Part shown: positions 35,700-44,834 of the stretch, piece after piece
How positions within the stretch are numbered: position 1 is the stretch's first letter
Layout of the letters: the number at the start of each line of letters is the position of its first letter
DNA from: a bacterium
GTDB lineage: Bacteria; Bacillota; Clostridia; Oscillospirales; Oscillospiraceae
Direction of reading: 5' to 3'
DNA length: 64,000 bases
Assembly: GCA_963661735.1 (NCBI GenBank)
Contig: CAVLCF010000111.1
Coordinates: 8,063-72,062 of the forward strand
Translations under genes and position numbers: made by a program
Notes under the pieces: generated by a model
Database searches by the model: none
Told to the model about the DNA's origin: nothing
Seen by the model: only the letters and a program-made list of their open reading frames with translations

Positions 35700-37130
35700 T
35701 TATCCTTCCCGCTTCAGCTGATAACACACCTTGCCGGGGTTCAGCAGCAGCTTGGGGTCAAATACCTTCTTGATCTGTCGCATCAGATCCATGACAACGC
35801 TTCCAAGGTCTTCTTCCAGATAACGCACCTTGGCAGAGCCAATTCCGTGCTCACCGGAAATCAGACCGCCCAGCTCCTTGCCCTTTGCATAGGCAAGCTC
35901 CATAAAGCGGTCCACCCGCGACGCAAATTCCGCAGGGTCCATATCCTTCGCGCAAACATTCACATGCACATTTCCGTCTCCCGCATGGCCGGTGCAGCGG
36001 ACCGTCAGGCCCACTTCCTTTTCAAGCCCTGCGACATACTCAATAAAATCCGCAACCTTGGGCAGCGGAACCACCACGTCGCACTCATCCATCTGCTTGT
36101 AATTGGCAAGAATTGCCTCCAACGTCGCGCCGCGGACAGCCCAGGCATTCCGGAGCGCTTCGGGGGTGTCGTAAACCACCACATCCAAAGCCCCGTTCTC
36201 CATAAGGGTCTCGGCGGCGTGCTCCATAATGGCATCCATTTCCTCCTCCATAGCGCAGTCAAAGGTCGTCAGCAGGTAGTAGCCCACATCAACACCGTCT
36301 GCCTTGGCAGGATACACCGTTTTTCCAAGATACGCCTCAATATCCACAACGTTGGTCCGGCTGATCAGCTCCAGGGCCTGGGGGTCCAGACCGGCTGGCT
36401 TGATTTTACTGACGCAGGAAACGCAGGTGCTCAGGTCCTCAAACAGTGCCAGAAGGCTGATCGTATACTTTTGAGGAACGATGACTTTCAGACTCAGCTC
36501 GGTGATGATGCCCAGAGTTCCCTCAGAGCCGATCATCAGGTGCATCAGGTTGTAGCCGGAAGTATTCTTGTTGACCTCCGCACCGAATTTCACAATTTCG
36601 CCGTTGGGTAGAACAACCGTCATGGCGCGGACATAATCCCGGGTCGTGCCGTACTTGACCGCCCGCATTCCGCCGGCGTTGACCGCCACATTGCCGCCGA
36701 TGGTGGCGAACTTCTCGCCGGGGTCCGGCGGATACATAACGCCGTGGGCCAGGCAGTCCTGGGCCAGGTCGTTCAGCAATACGCCCGACTCGGCACGGAC
36801 CGTAAAGTTTTCCAGATCATAGCTCAGAATATGGTTCATTCTGGTAATATCCAGAACAATACCGCCGTACAGAGCAACGCAGCCGCCGCTGAGGCCCGTG
36901 CCCGCGCCCCTGGGAATGATGGGAACATCATTCTCATAGCAGAGCTTGCAGACCGCGGAAACCTCTTCCGTCGTTTCCGCCATGACCACGGCATCCGGAG
37001 TCCGGGTTCCGTAGAGCGGGGTTTCATCGTGGGAATAATCGTCATTAATATCGCTGCCCGTAAAAACGCGGCCGGGAAGCATGGCGTTCAGCCGCGCAAT
37101 CACCTCAGCGGAGGGGACTTTATACTGCAT
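35700..37130 (-). CDS. FAD-linked oxidase (GlcD / D-2-hydroxyacid dehydrogenase-like)
   Basis: ATG 37130 follows GGGAGG. FAD-binding PRGAGTGLSGG, and a C-terminal FAD-oxidase_C-like GGLISGEHGIG. Confidence 0.82.
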   Translation of the reverse strand: MQYKVPSAEVIARLNAMLPGRVFTGSDINDDYSHDETPLYGTRTPDAVVMAETTEEVSAVCKLCYENDVPIIPRGAGTGLSGGCVALYGGIVLDITRMNHILSYDLENFTVRAESGVLLNDLAQDCLAHGVMYPPDPGEKFATIGGNVAVNAGGMRAVKYGTTRDYVRAMTVVLPNGEIVKFGAEVNKNTSGYNLMHLMIGSEGTLGIITELSLKVIVPQKYTISLLALFEDLSTCVSCVSKIKPAGLDPQALELISRTNVVDIEAYLGKTVYPAKADGVDVGYYLLTTFDCAMEEEMDAIMEHAAETLMENGALDVVVYDTPEALRNAWAVRGATLEAILANYKQMDECDVVVPLPKVADFIEYVAGLEKEVGLTVRCTGHAGDGNVHVNVCAKDMDPAEFASRVDRFMELAYAKGKELGGLISGEHGIGSAKVRYLEEDLGSVVMDLMRQIKKVFDPKLLLNPGKVCYQLKREG

Positions 37131-37143
37131 ATTCCTACCTCCC

Positions 37144-38082
37144 TTATGCTCTGTGCTGCCGAATCTGCTCAATCAGCAGCGGCAGGATAACTTTTACATC
37201 TCCAACGACACCGACATCCGCAATATCAAAAATGGAGGCGCTCTCGTCCTTGTTAATGGCAACAATGTACTTGCTGTCCATTACGCCGGAAATATGCTGC
37301 ATGGCCCCGGAAATGCCGCATGCAATGTAGAGCTTCGGCGCGACGATCTTGCCGCTCTGGCCGATCTGGTGTGCGCGGGTGGTCCAGCCCTCTTCAATGG
37401 CGGGGCGGGATGCGCCGACCACGCCGCCCAGCAGTGCGGCAAGCTCCTCAACCAGCTTGAAGCCTTCGGCATCGCCCATGCCCCGACCACCGGCTACGAT
37501 TACATCCGCGCCTTCCAGGTCGATCGTCTCCGTGATTTCCTTTGCGATCTCCACGATTTTTGCCTTCACGGAATCGCCCGCCGCAGGTGCGGCAATCTCC
37601 GTTACCTCGGCGTGTACCGACGCGGGTTTCTGATAAGAGCCGCTGCGGACCGTCGCAAACTGGACCTTATCCTGCGCCAGACGAATTTGCTCAAAGACCG
37701 TGCCGCCGAATGCGGGACGGGTATATACCACGCCATCGGCGGTAACTTCCATCGCCGTCACATCCGTGACGCAGCCGCCGCCAAATCTCTGGGCCAGCCG
37801 GGGGGCCAGCTCCTTCCCCAGCAGGCTGCCGCTGAACAGCACCACATCGGGCTTCCGCTCCCGAATGTACGCCTCCAAAGCGGAAACCTGCGCATCAGGG
37901 CAGGCATCGCCGGTTTTCAGCAATGCAACGGGTACACCGTAACCTGCGGCATCCTGCGCTGTTTCGGCATCCTCCACCACGACGGCGGAAGCGCTGCCCA
38001 TAGCAGAACCGGCACTCAGCAGTTCCAGGCTTCCGCCCAGGGCCTTGTTTTCCTTGGATTCTATGTAGATCAGAATATTCAT
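37144..38082 (-). CDS. etfA: Electron transfer flavoprotein, alpha subunit
   Basis: 312 aa. VVAGGRG, GASRP and IACGISGAMQHI motifs. Confidence 0.88.
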   Translation of the reverse strand: MNILIYIESKENKALGGSLELLSAGSAMGSASAVVVEDAETAQDAAGYGVPVALLKTGDACPDAQVSALEAYIRERKPDVVLFSGSLLGKELAPRLAQRFGGGCVTDVTAMEVTADGVVYTRPAFGGTVFEQIRLAQDKVQFATVRSGSYQKPASVHAEVTEIAAPAAGDSVKAKIVEIAKEITETIDLEGADVIVAGGRGMGDAEGFKLVEELAALLGGVVGASRPAIEEGWTTRAHQIGQSGKIVAPKLYIACGISGAMQHISGVMDSKYIVAINKDESASIFDIADVGVVGDVKVILPLLIEQIRQHRA

Positions 38083-38094
38083 TTGGAGACCCCC

Positions 38095-38883
38095 TTACAG
38101 AACCTTATCCTGAAGCAGGACCGTCATCAGCTTGCTGACAGCGTCCGCCGCCTCTTTTTCCTGGATCTTTACACCGGCGCTGCGCTTGGCAGGCTCCGTA
38201 TAGCCGATGCATTCTGCCACAGCCGCGTGCTTTTCGATCCCGGCATCTTCCGCGGAGATCACAGGCACGGTGGCCTTACGTGCCGCCATCTTCGCCTTGA
38301 TATTCGGATAACGGGGATCGTAAGCAGGCTTGGACACCGTAAAGAGCGCGGGAGCGTCTACAGTAAACTTCACATAGCCCTCTTCCGTCTCCTGCCTGGC
38401 GGCCAGCTTACCGTTTTCCGTCTGCACATCCACGACACCGGAAACAAAGCCTCTGTCCAGCAGTTCTGCCAGCCGCGCGCCTACCTGGCCGCTGATCTCG
38501 TCTGTGGACTCCTTGCCGCACAGAATCAGATCGTAGCTTTCGCCGCTGAGCGCCTCACACTTTTTCACGACAGCCGCAAGATATGCCGCAACGGCTGCCT
38601 CATCGTCATTCTCCAGGCCCTTGGTATCAAAAACGTAGGCTTTTTTCGCGCCGACTGCCAGCAGATTTTTCATCATACTCACAGTGCTTTCCGGGCCCAT
38701 GCCCGCCACAGTCACTTCGCCGCCCTCGGCCTCGCAAAGGCGGGCCGCCATTTCCAGCGCATAGGTATCAAAGGCGTTGGCAACCTTCTCCGCCCCCGCG
38801 GTAGCAGGGCGCCCGGTAGCGGGGTCCAGCCGGATCTCCGCAAAATCGTCCGGGACCTGCTTGACGCATACCAGAATATTCAT
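38095..38883 (-). CDS. etfB: Electron transfer flavoprotein, beta subunit
   Basis: MNILVCVKQVPD start at 38883 (alternative at 38889), following GAGGGGGG. The 88-codon upstream extension of the track ORF overlaps acd and is not used. Confidence 0.87.
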   Translation of the reverse strand: MNILVCVKQVPDDFAEIRLDPATGRPATAGAEKVANAFDTYALEMAARLCEAEGGEVTVAGMGPESTVSMMKNLLAVGAKKAYVFDTKGLENDDEAAVAAYLAAVVKKCEALSGESYDLILCGKESTDEISGQVGARLAELLDRGFVSGVVDVQTENGKLAARQETEEGYVKFTVDAPALFTVSKPAYDPRYPNIKAKMAARKATVPVISAEDAGIEKHAAVAECIGYTEPAKRSAGVKIQEKEAADAVSKLMTVLLQDKVL

Positions 38884-38902
38884 GGTCATTTTCCCCCCTC
38901 TA

Positions 38903-40042
38903 TCAGATCTTGCCGATGACCTCGCGGCTGACAACCACCCGCTGGATCTCGTTGGTTCCCTCAAAAATCTGGAAAATCTTGGCATCCCGCATGAGCTTTT
39001 CCACAGGATACTCACGGCTGTAGCCATAGCCGCCCAGGATCTGCACAGCGTCGATGGCAGTCTGCATAACGCTGTCGCCCGCAAAGCACTTGGCAGAGGC
39101 GGATTCCTTGCTGAAGGGACGGCCCATGTCTGCCAGGCGAATCGCATGGGCGATCAGCTGGCGGGAAGCCTCCGTACGAATCTCCATATCGGCGATCTTA
39201 AACTGAATCGCCTGAAGCTTGGCAATGGGACGGCCAAACTGCACGCGCTGCTTTGCGTAGGCAACAGACTCGTCGATGCACCGCTGGGCCACGCCTGCGG
39301 CAATGACCGCACACCAGGTACGCGCCAGGTCCAGCGTCTTCATAGCGGTAATAAAGCCGGTACCCTCTTCGCCCAGGCGGTTTTCCGCGGGAATGCGGAC
39401 ATCCTCCAGCAGCAAATCGCTGGTGGTAGAGCAGCGAACGCCCATCTTATTCTCGTGATTGCCAACACTCAGACCGGGCGTTCCCTTATACACCAGGAAC
39501 GCGGACATGCCTCTGGTCCCCTTGGTCTTGTCTGTCATGGCCGTCACCACAAAGAAATCGGCAACGCTGGCATTGGTGATGAAGCACTTGCGGCCATTCA
39601 GCACATACTCGTCGCCTTCCCGGACCGCGGTGGTCTTGCCGGCCGCGGCATCGCAGCCCGCGTTGGGCTCGGTCAGCGCGAAAGCACCCCATCCGCCATT
39701 CACGATAATATCGGCGCACTTCTGCTTTTGCGCTTCGTTACCGGCGATCAGCACAGGTTTCAGTGCCAGGCCATTTCCGTTGAGTGTTACGGCAACACCG
39801 GCATCCGCCTTTGCGATCTCCTCCACGATGGCCGCCTGGTCCATATGATCCAGGCCCAGCCCGCCGTACTCTTCGGGAACATCCATCATATGCAGCTGCA
39901 TTTCGATTGCCTTTTCATAGATCTCCCGGGGCCATTCTCCGGAAATATCGTAGGCCTTCACCTGCTCCTTGACTTCGTTCTCACAGAATTCGTGCACATC
40001 CTTCAGCAGCTCCTGTGCGTCCTCGGAAATGATATACGCCAT
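38903..40042 (-). CDS. Acyl-CoA dehydrogenase (butyryl-CoA dehydrogenase / AcdB-like)
   Basis: 379 aa. FALTEPNAGCD, catalytic-base region YEGTNEIQ-like IFEGTNEIQ. First gene of the operon. Confidence 0.88.
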   Translation of the reverse strand: MAYIISEDAQELLKDVHEFCENEVKEQVKAYDISGEWPREIYEKAIEMQLHMMDVPEEYGGLGLDHMDQAAIVEEIAKADAGVAVTLNGNGLALKPVLIAGNEAQKQKCADIIVNGGWGAFALTEPNAGCDAAAGKTTAVREGDEYVLNGRKCFITNASVADFFVVTAMTDKTKGTRGMSAFLVYKGTPGLSVGNHENKMGVRCSTTSDLLLEDVRIPAENRLGEEGTGFITAMKTLDLARTWCAVIAAGVAQRCIDESVAYAKQRVQFGRPIAKLQAIQFKIADMEIRTEASRQLIAHAIRLADMGRPFSKESASAKCFAGDSVMQTAIDAVQILGGYGYSREYPVEKLMRDAKIFQIFEGTNEIQRVVVSREVIGKI

Positions 40043-40093
40043 TTTGATTCCTCCTAAAAATCGTCCGTTGACTAACGGCTTCTTCTGCTTTAG

Positions 40094-40122
40094 ATTCTAT
40101 CACACCTAGTTAACTAGGTCAA
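40094..40122 (-). promoter_or_regulatory. Promoter of the acd-etf...buk operon with the CCTAGTTAACTAGG palindrome in its spacer
   Basis: Minus strand: TTGACC (40117-40122), 17-nt spacer TAGTTAACTAGGTGTGA, TAGAAT (40094-40099). The 14-bp perfect palindrome lies at 40105-40118. Confidence 0.6.
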
Positions 40123-40337
40123 CTAAGTTATACTACGATAGCTTCCAAAATTTTTCTTGTTTTTTTGTGGAATTTCAACAATCCACCTCTCTGCTATAAA
40201 AAGGCTTCACACTATAGCGTATTTGAGCCGTTTCCAAGGCAGTATAATTTGAACCCTTATTTTGATTCTGGCAGCTTTGTTGCCAGTGGTTCAGTCCATC
40301 TTCTGTCAAACTCCTCATTTTTGGTATTGCGAATAAG

Positions 40338-41762
40338 CTACATCGTAATATTCTCAATCATATGCTTTTCTCCTTCCTTGTTTTGTATCTTCATTTCCGT
40401 AATAAGCCCTTGCAACCTCAGTTCGCATTCTTCTTTAGTTTTAGCGTAAACATTTTTTGCCACCCTCTTACCATTTTCATCCCTGCGTGAATAACGTCCC
40501 TCCCAGAGATGATCCCCGATCTGATGCAGGCACCCTGTCCCTGGCCTCCGGCGATTTCCTTCCACCGCTTGAAAGTTTCGCTGATCCTTCACCCGTGGTT
40601 TTTCTGCCTGCGGCAGCGGGGTATCATCCCTGCTAAACTTTCTGTCTATCTTAATGGCCGCCTGCTGCTCCATCGTATCCGTCACATGGGAATAGACATC
40701 CAGCGTTGTAGCGGCAGACACATGCCCCAGCATTTCGGACAGTGTTTTCACATCCATACCATTTTCAAGCGCCATAGTTGCGAATGTGTGTCGAAGATCG
40801 TGAAAACGTACATTTTTGCATTCCGCCCGTTCTAACGTCCCTTTCAAACGCTTTCGGATTGCGGACGGGTGCAGGGGCAAATTTCTTCTCTGGGAGGGAA
40901 ATATCCAATCGGAGTCCACAGCTTTCCCATACTCACGCAATACTTCAAGGATTGGCTTCGAGAGATACACCGTCCGAATAGATGCCGGTGTTTTCGGTTC
41001 AGAAATCGTGGCTTTTCCATGTACTGTGGTCAGCTGCTTAGACACATGCAGCGCTCCGGTTTTGAAATTAATATCTTTCCATTGGAGTGCCAACAGTTCC
41101 CCCAAACGAAGACCGGTTGAGAGTTCCAGCAGGTACAACTCATATAAGCCATCGTACTTCGCTTGGATGAGAAACCGCTGCATTTCTTCTATCGAAAGGA
41201 TCTGCATCATCGGGCCTCTTTTGGGTGGAAGTTTGCATCCCACATTTGGATTTTTTCGCAAGAAGCCACTCTCAATGGCTTTTTCCAAAGCCGCTCCGCA
41301 CAGCACATGCATTTTTCGGACAATAGAAGCGGATAAGCCTTCTCCGTATTGCTCGGCTCGAATCACCCGACCACTTTTCAGCATTTTTGAATAGAATTGC
41401 TGCAAGTCGCTTTCAGACAGTTGATTCAGCGGTATTTTCCCAAGTTCTGGGATAATATGGTTATAGATGTTATTCTCGTATGCATCTCTGGTCGACTCCC
41501 GAACACCTGGCTTAACATAATTCTGATACCAAAAGTCGACCCACACACCAAATGGCATATCCGGGGTCAGTTTTCTGCTGGGCGAAAGTGTTTTCTCTAT
41601 TAAATCATTTAGCTTATCCTGACACTCTGTCCTGGTTTTGGCCAGGACATTTTTTGTAACTGGATTTCCATTTTCCTTATAGGAGACAACGACGCGCCCC
41701 TCCCAACGTCCGTCTTTCCTCTTTCGGATTGTTCCCGCTCCATTTTTTCTTCTGCCTGCCAT
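40338..41762 (-). CDS. Tyrosine recombinase/integrase with arm-type DNA-binding domains at both termini
   Basis: Catalytic HDLRHTFAT...LGHVSAATTLDVYSHV. N-terminal GTIRKRKDGRWEGRVVV...AKTRTEC, and a second similar block near the C-terminus: HLWEGRYSRRDENGKRVAKNVYAKTKEEC. Confidence 0.88.
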   Translation of the reverse strand: MAGRRKNGAGTIRKRKDGRWEGRVVVSYKENGNPVTKNVLAKTRTECQDKLNDLIEKTLSPSRKLTPDMPFGVWVDFWYQNYVKPGVRESTRDAYENNIYNHIIPELGKIPLNQLSESDLQQFYSKMLKSGRVIRAEQYGEGLSASIVRKMHVLCGAALEKAIESGFLRKNPNVGCKLPPKRGPMMQILSIEEMQRFLIQAKYDGLYELYLLELSTGLRLGELLALQWKDINFKTGALHVSKQLTTVHGKATISEPKTPASIRTVYLSKPILEVLREYGKAVDSDWIFPSQRRNLPLHPSAIRKRLKGTLERAECKNVRFHDLRHTFATMALENGMDVKTLSEMLGHVSAATTLDVYSHVTDTMEQQAAIKIDRKFSRDDTPLPQAEKPRVKDQRNFQAVEGNRRRPGTGCLHQIGDHLWEGRYSRRDENGKRVAKNVYAKTKEECELRLQGLITEMKIQNKEGEKHMIENITM

Positions 41763-41774
41763 TACCTTTTCCTC

Positions 41775-42926
41775 CTACATGATCTGACCAAGAAAGTCTC
41801 CAACGACATTTGCGGCCTGCTCCCGCATATCTTTGGTCACATGGGTATAAGTATCCAACGTAAAGGAGGCGTTTGTGTGCCCCAATATCCCAGCCAATGT
41901 TTTCGCATCGACTCCGCTTGTCAGGGCATGTGTAGCAAATGTGTGACGCAGATCGTGGAAGCGGATAGGCGGCAATCCCGCTTGCTTGAGTAGCCGTTTC
42001 ATTTGATGATAGGGAGTAGAGGGTGTCATTGGCGCTTCCGGACGAACAGGATTCGGAAAAATCCACTGGCTATAGGATGTTTTCTTCCGATTTTTAAGCA
42101 GTTCCAAAGTATGAGGCGGTAATGTAATGGTACGCTTGCCCGCATTGGTCTTCGTTTCACCTACACAGCATGGCTGATGCTTCATCGCTATTACCGCACG
42201 GCGTATCCGCAGCTTCCCCGTGGTGAAATCTAAGTCCTGCCATTGCAGGCCGCAAATTTCTCCACGGCGAAGCCCTGTTGTCAGCTCTGTATAGAAAAAA
42301 TCGTGCCAGACAGCATCACTCTCCAGCTCTGTCATAAACCGCTCCATCTGCTCCTCCGTCAAAATTTGCTTTGGAGGATAGTTCGGCTTTGGGATTCTCG
42401 TACCATTCGTTGGATTGTCTACTACCAGATGTTCCCGCACGGCAGCATCCATAGCCTCATGAAGCATCATATGGATTCTGCGAATAGAACTATCCGCAAG
42501 CTGAAACCCCATGATATCATGCTCATTGATCCTGCCATTTTCTTTCAGTCCGTTGTACATCTGCTGAATATCTTCTGTGGTAACATCCGAAATTCGCATC
42601 GTCCCCAAGCGTGGCTTGATATAGTTTTCAATCATACTTTCGTAGCTGGATAAAGTATTTGGCCGTACCGCATACGCCGCATAGTTTTCTTTCCATCGGT
42701 CCAGCCACTCACCCAAGGGCATATCGCAGTCCTCGGACAGTTCCACATCCCGGTATGTTTCAATGTGCTGGTGAAGTTTCTCCATCAACATTTTCTGTGT
42801 TTTGGCGAAGACGGAGCGGAAGATTGGAGTACCATTGGCTTTATGCCCGACAACAATCCGGCCTTCCCATCTTCCATCCTTCCTTTTTCGCACCAGGCCA
42901 TCGCCATCCGGTCTTTTGTTTGCCAT
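41775..42926 (-). CDS. Tyrosine recombinase/integrase
   Basis: ATG 42926 follows AGGAGGG. LVRKRKDGRWEGRIVV arm domain. HDLRHTFATHAL...LGHTNASFTLDTYTHV. Confidence 0.88.
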   Translation of the reverse strand: MANKRPDGDGLVRKRKDGRWEGRIVVGHKANGTPIFRSVFAKTQKMLMEKLHQHIETYRDVELSEDCDMPLGEWLDRWKENYAAYAVRPNTLSSYESMIENYIKPRLGTMRISDVTTEDIQQMYNGLKENGRINEHDIMGFQLADSSIRRIHMMLHEAMDAAVREHLVVDNPTNGTRIPKPNYPPKQILTEEQMERFMTELESDAVWHDFFYTELTTGLRRGEICGLQWQDLDFTTGKLRIRRAVIAMKHQPCCVGETKTNAGKRTITLPPHTLELLKNRKKTSYSQWIFPNPVRPEAPMTPSTPYHQMKRLLKQAGLPPIRFHDLRHTFATHALTSGVDAKTLAGILGHTNASFTLDTYTHVTKDMREQAANVVGDFLGQIM

Positions 42927-43006
42927 TTCGTATCCCTCCTTTTTTCCAAACACATATCACAGAATTTCATAAATATCCAGGTGGCAAAACGGAGAAAAAG
43001 CACCTC

Positions 43007-44834
43007 CTATGCGGCATTTCCATTGCGTATTGCAAGCAGGATACCCTGCATAACATAATCCACACACGGAATCGCCACACTATTTCCAAGGGCCTTATAC
43101 CGTGCCGCGTCGGAAGCTCCGGTGATATCTGTCCAATGGTCAGGAAAACCTTGCAGGCGCTCACATTCCAGTGGTGTCAGGCGGCGAATCAGGTTTTGGG
43201 ATCCCACAACGCACTTATCATTGCTGACATACTGATTGCCAATACCCTTATGGTCTGACCGGACTAGCGTACCGACTACATTTTGATAGGGCTGCGCCAC
43301 TAGGTCTGTAGCATCCTTGTGCTGTCGGGCGCTTTCGGTGCTGACTACTCCGTTCTCCGCAAAAACATCCACCCGTTGACGGCTGAAGACCGCATGGTGA
43401 TCTGTCGCCGTCAGGGTATAAGCAATGTCCTTCTGATAGCCGATACCGTTACCGCCATTCTGAGGCTGACGGTCAATGGCATTGCCATCAATGCAAAAGA
43501 CTTCAGGGTCATTTCCTACCAAGGGCACATTATTGCCGCCAGTACCGCATCTTGCTGATATCGTCGGAACCACACCCAGTGGACCTTTGTACCTTGCGTC
43601 TATTCCATGATTCTCGTACACCATAGGGACATAGCCGCCTCCCATTCCCATGGATGCCGGAAGCGTTGTAGAGATACCATCCGTTCTGACAGTGGCATGG
43701 TTTTGATTGGATTCCAACAATAGTGGCTGATGTCCATGCTCCTGGGCACGCAGCGTCCCAGCGATATTTTCCGTACAATGCATAATCTGCCCACCTTGAT
43801 CATTGAGGCACAGAATGTTCAGCTTTTCTTTCAAATCTTTTTCTGAGGTATCAGCTGCAATCTGTGCCTGCTGCTTCTCCGATTGGGTTCCCAGCAATAT
43901 AGAGCTTTCTCCATCGCCGTCGTTAACACCTTGGCGGGCCTGAGTAACAACGGAACGCATTTGCATGTTTCGTGTTGCCATCAGAGCACCGGACAGGCCA
44001 CCCAAGTCAATTCCCTCGTTTCGCTGATTGATATGATAAGACGCACCTACAGGTGGAGGCATATTTGTATTTCTTAGTCCTGCCTGTACTTCCAACGCTT
44101 CTTTAAGCCGCGGAGGCAGTTCTTTCCCTCGCTCCATACTGCGGCGGAGTATACCCAGACAAGCTTTCTTGGTCAAATAGTATTTGGAGTGCGGCTGTTC
44201 CTCCAAAATCTGCCACAAGGAAGATTCTTTTCCTTCTCTGGGGCACACCCCAGTATTGAGCGTCCAGGCATCGCCACGCCAAGGAGAAAGAATCTCCCAA
44301 TACGATTCCCCCAGCAGATTCCCAGCGTCCTCGGACAGGTCGAGGAACAGATACGGTATCGAACTTAATTCGGACAATTTCTTCGAGAACGATACGAAAA
44401 TCTTCGCCTTTGGGCTGCCCACTGGAGAATGCTCCTGGGACGTTTTCCCAGCATAAAAATCTTGGTCGAACAGAGATGCCTGTCCGTCCTCGAAGTAAAT
44501 CAGCACATCTCATCTCCTTTGTAATTCTCGTCTGCTCCAAGAACAAGCCGGAGTGCGTACCGGCTAACCCCGCACGCGCCCCAGCAACGGATAGATCCTG
44601 GCATGGACTCCCGCCGCAGATAATATCTACCGGCGGAAGCGTCCCACCATTCAATTTCGTAATATCCCCAACGTGCACCATGTTGGGAAAACGCTGCTTT
44701 GTTACCTCTATGGGAAATGTTTCGATTTCACTTGCCCATAGAGGTATCATTCCACAGTGAACTGCCGCCAGCGGGAATCCTCCGATACCATCGAATAGGC
44801 TTCCCATAGTAATTGGCTGCAGATCGTCACGCAC
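43007..44834 (-). pseudogene. DNA (cytosine-5) methyltransferase split into two overlapping reading frames (44834-44103 and 44506-43007)
   Basis: The N-terminal frame carries FDGIGGF, GGSPCQDLS, ENVPG and QRRKRIFLV. The C-terminal frame carries RRLTPLECERLQGFP and GNSVAIP. The frames overlap by ~400 nt, implying a frameshift, a sequencing error, or a two-piece enzyme. Confidence 0.65.

Noticed and set aside
38884-39147. 88-codon extension of the etfB ORF.
   Set aside because: It overlaps the 3' end of the acyl-CoA dehydrogenase gene. Canonical EtfB proteins start at MNILVCVKQVPD.
40123-40337. Searched for a tRNA or tmRNA gene as the integration target at the element edge.
   Set aside because: No cloverleaf-like sequence or conserved T-loop (GTTCRA) context was seen. 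The target remains undefined.
44056-44300. In the methyltransferase overlap region both frames give plausible-looking peptides (ADFGG..ILFDQESLSG versus YYLTKKACLGILRRSMERGKELP).
   Set aside because: I cannot decide by eye where the frame switch occurs, so no precise frameshift coordinate is reported.
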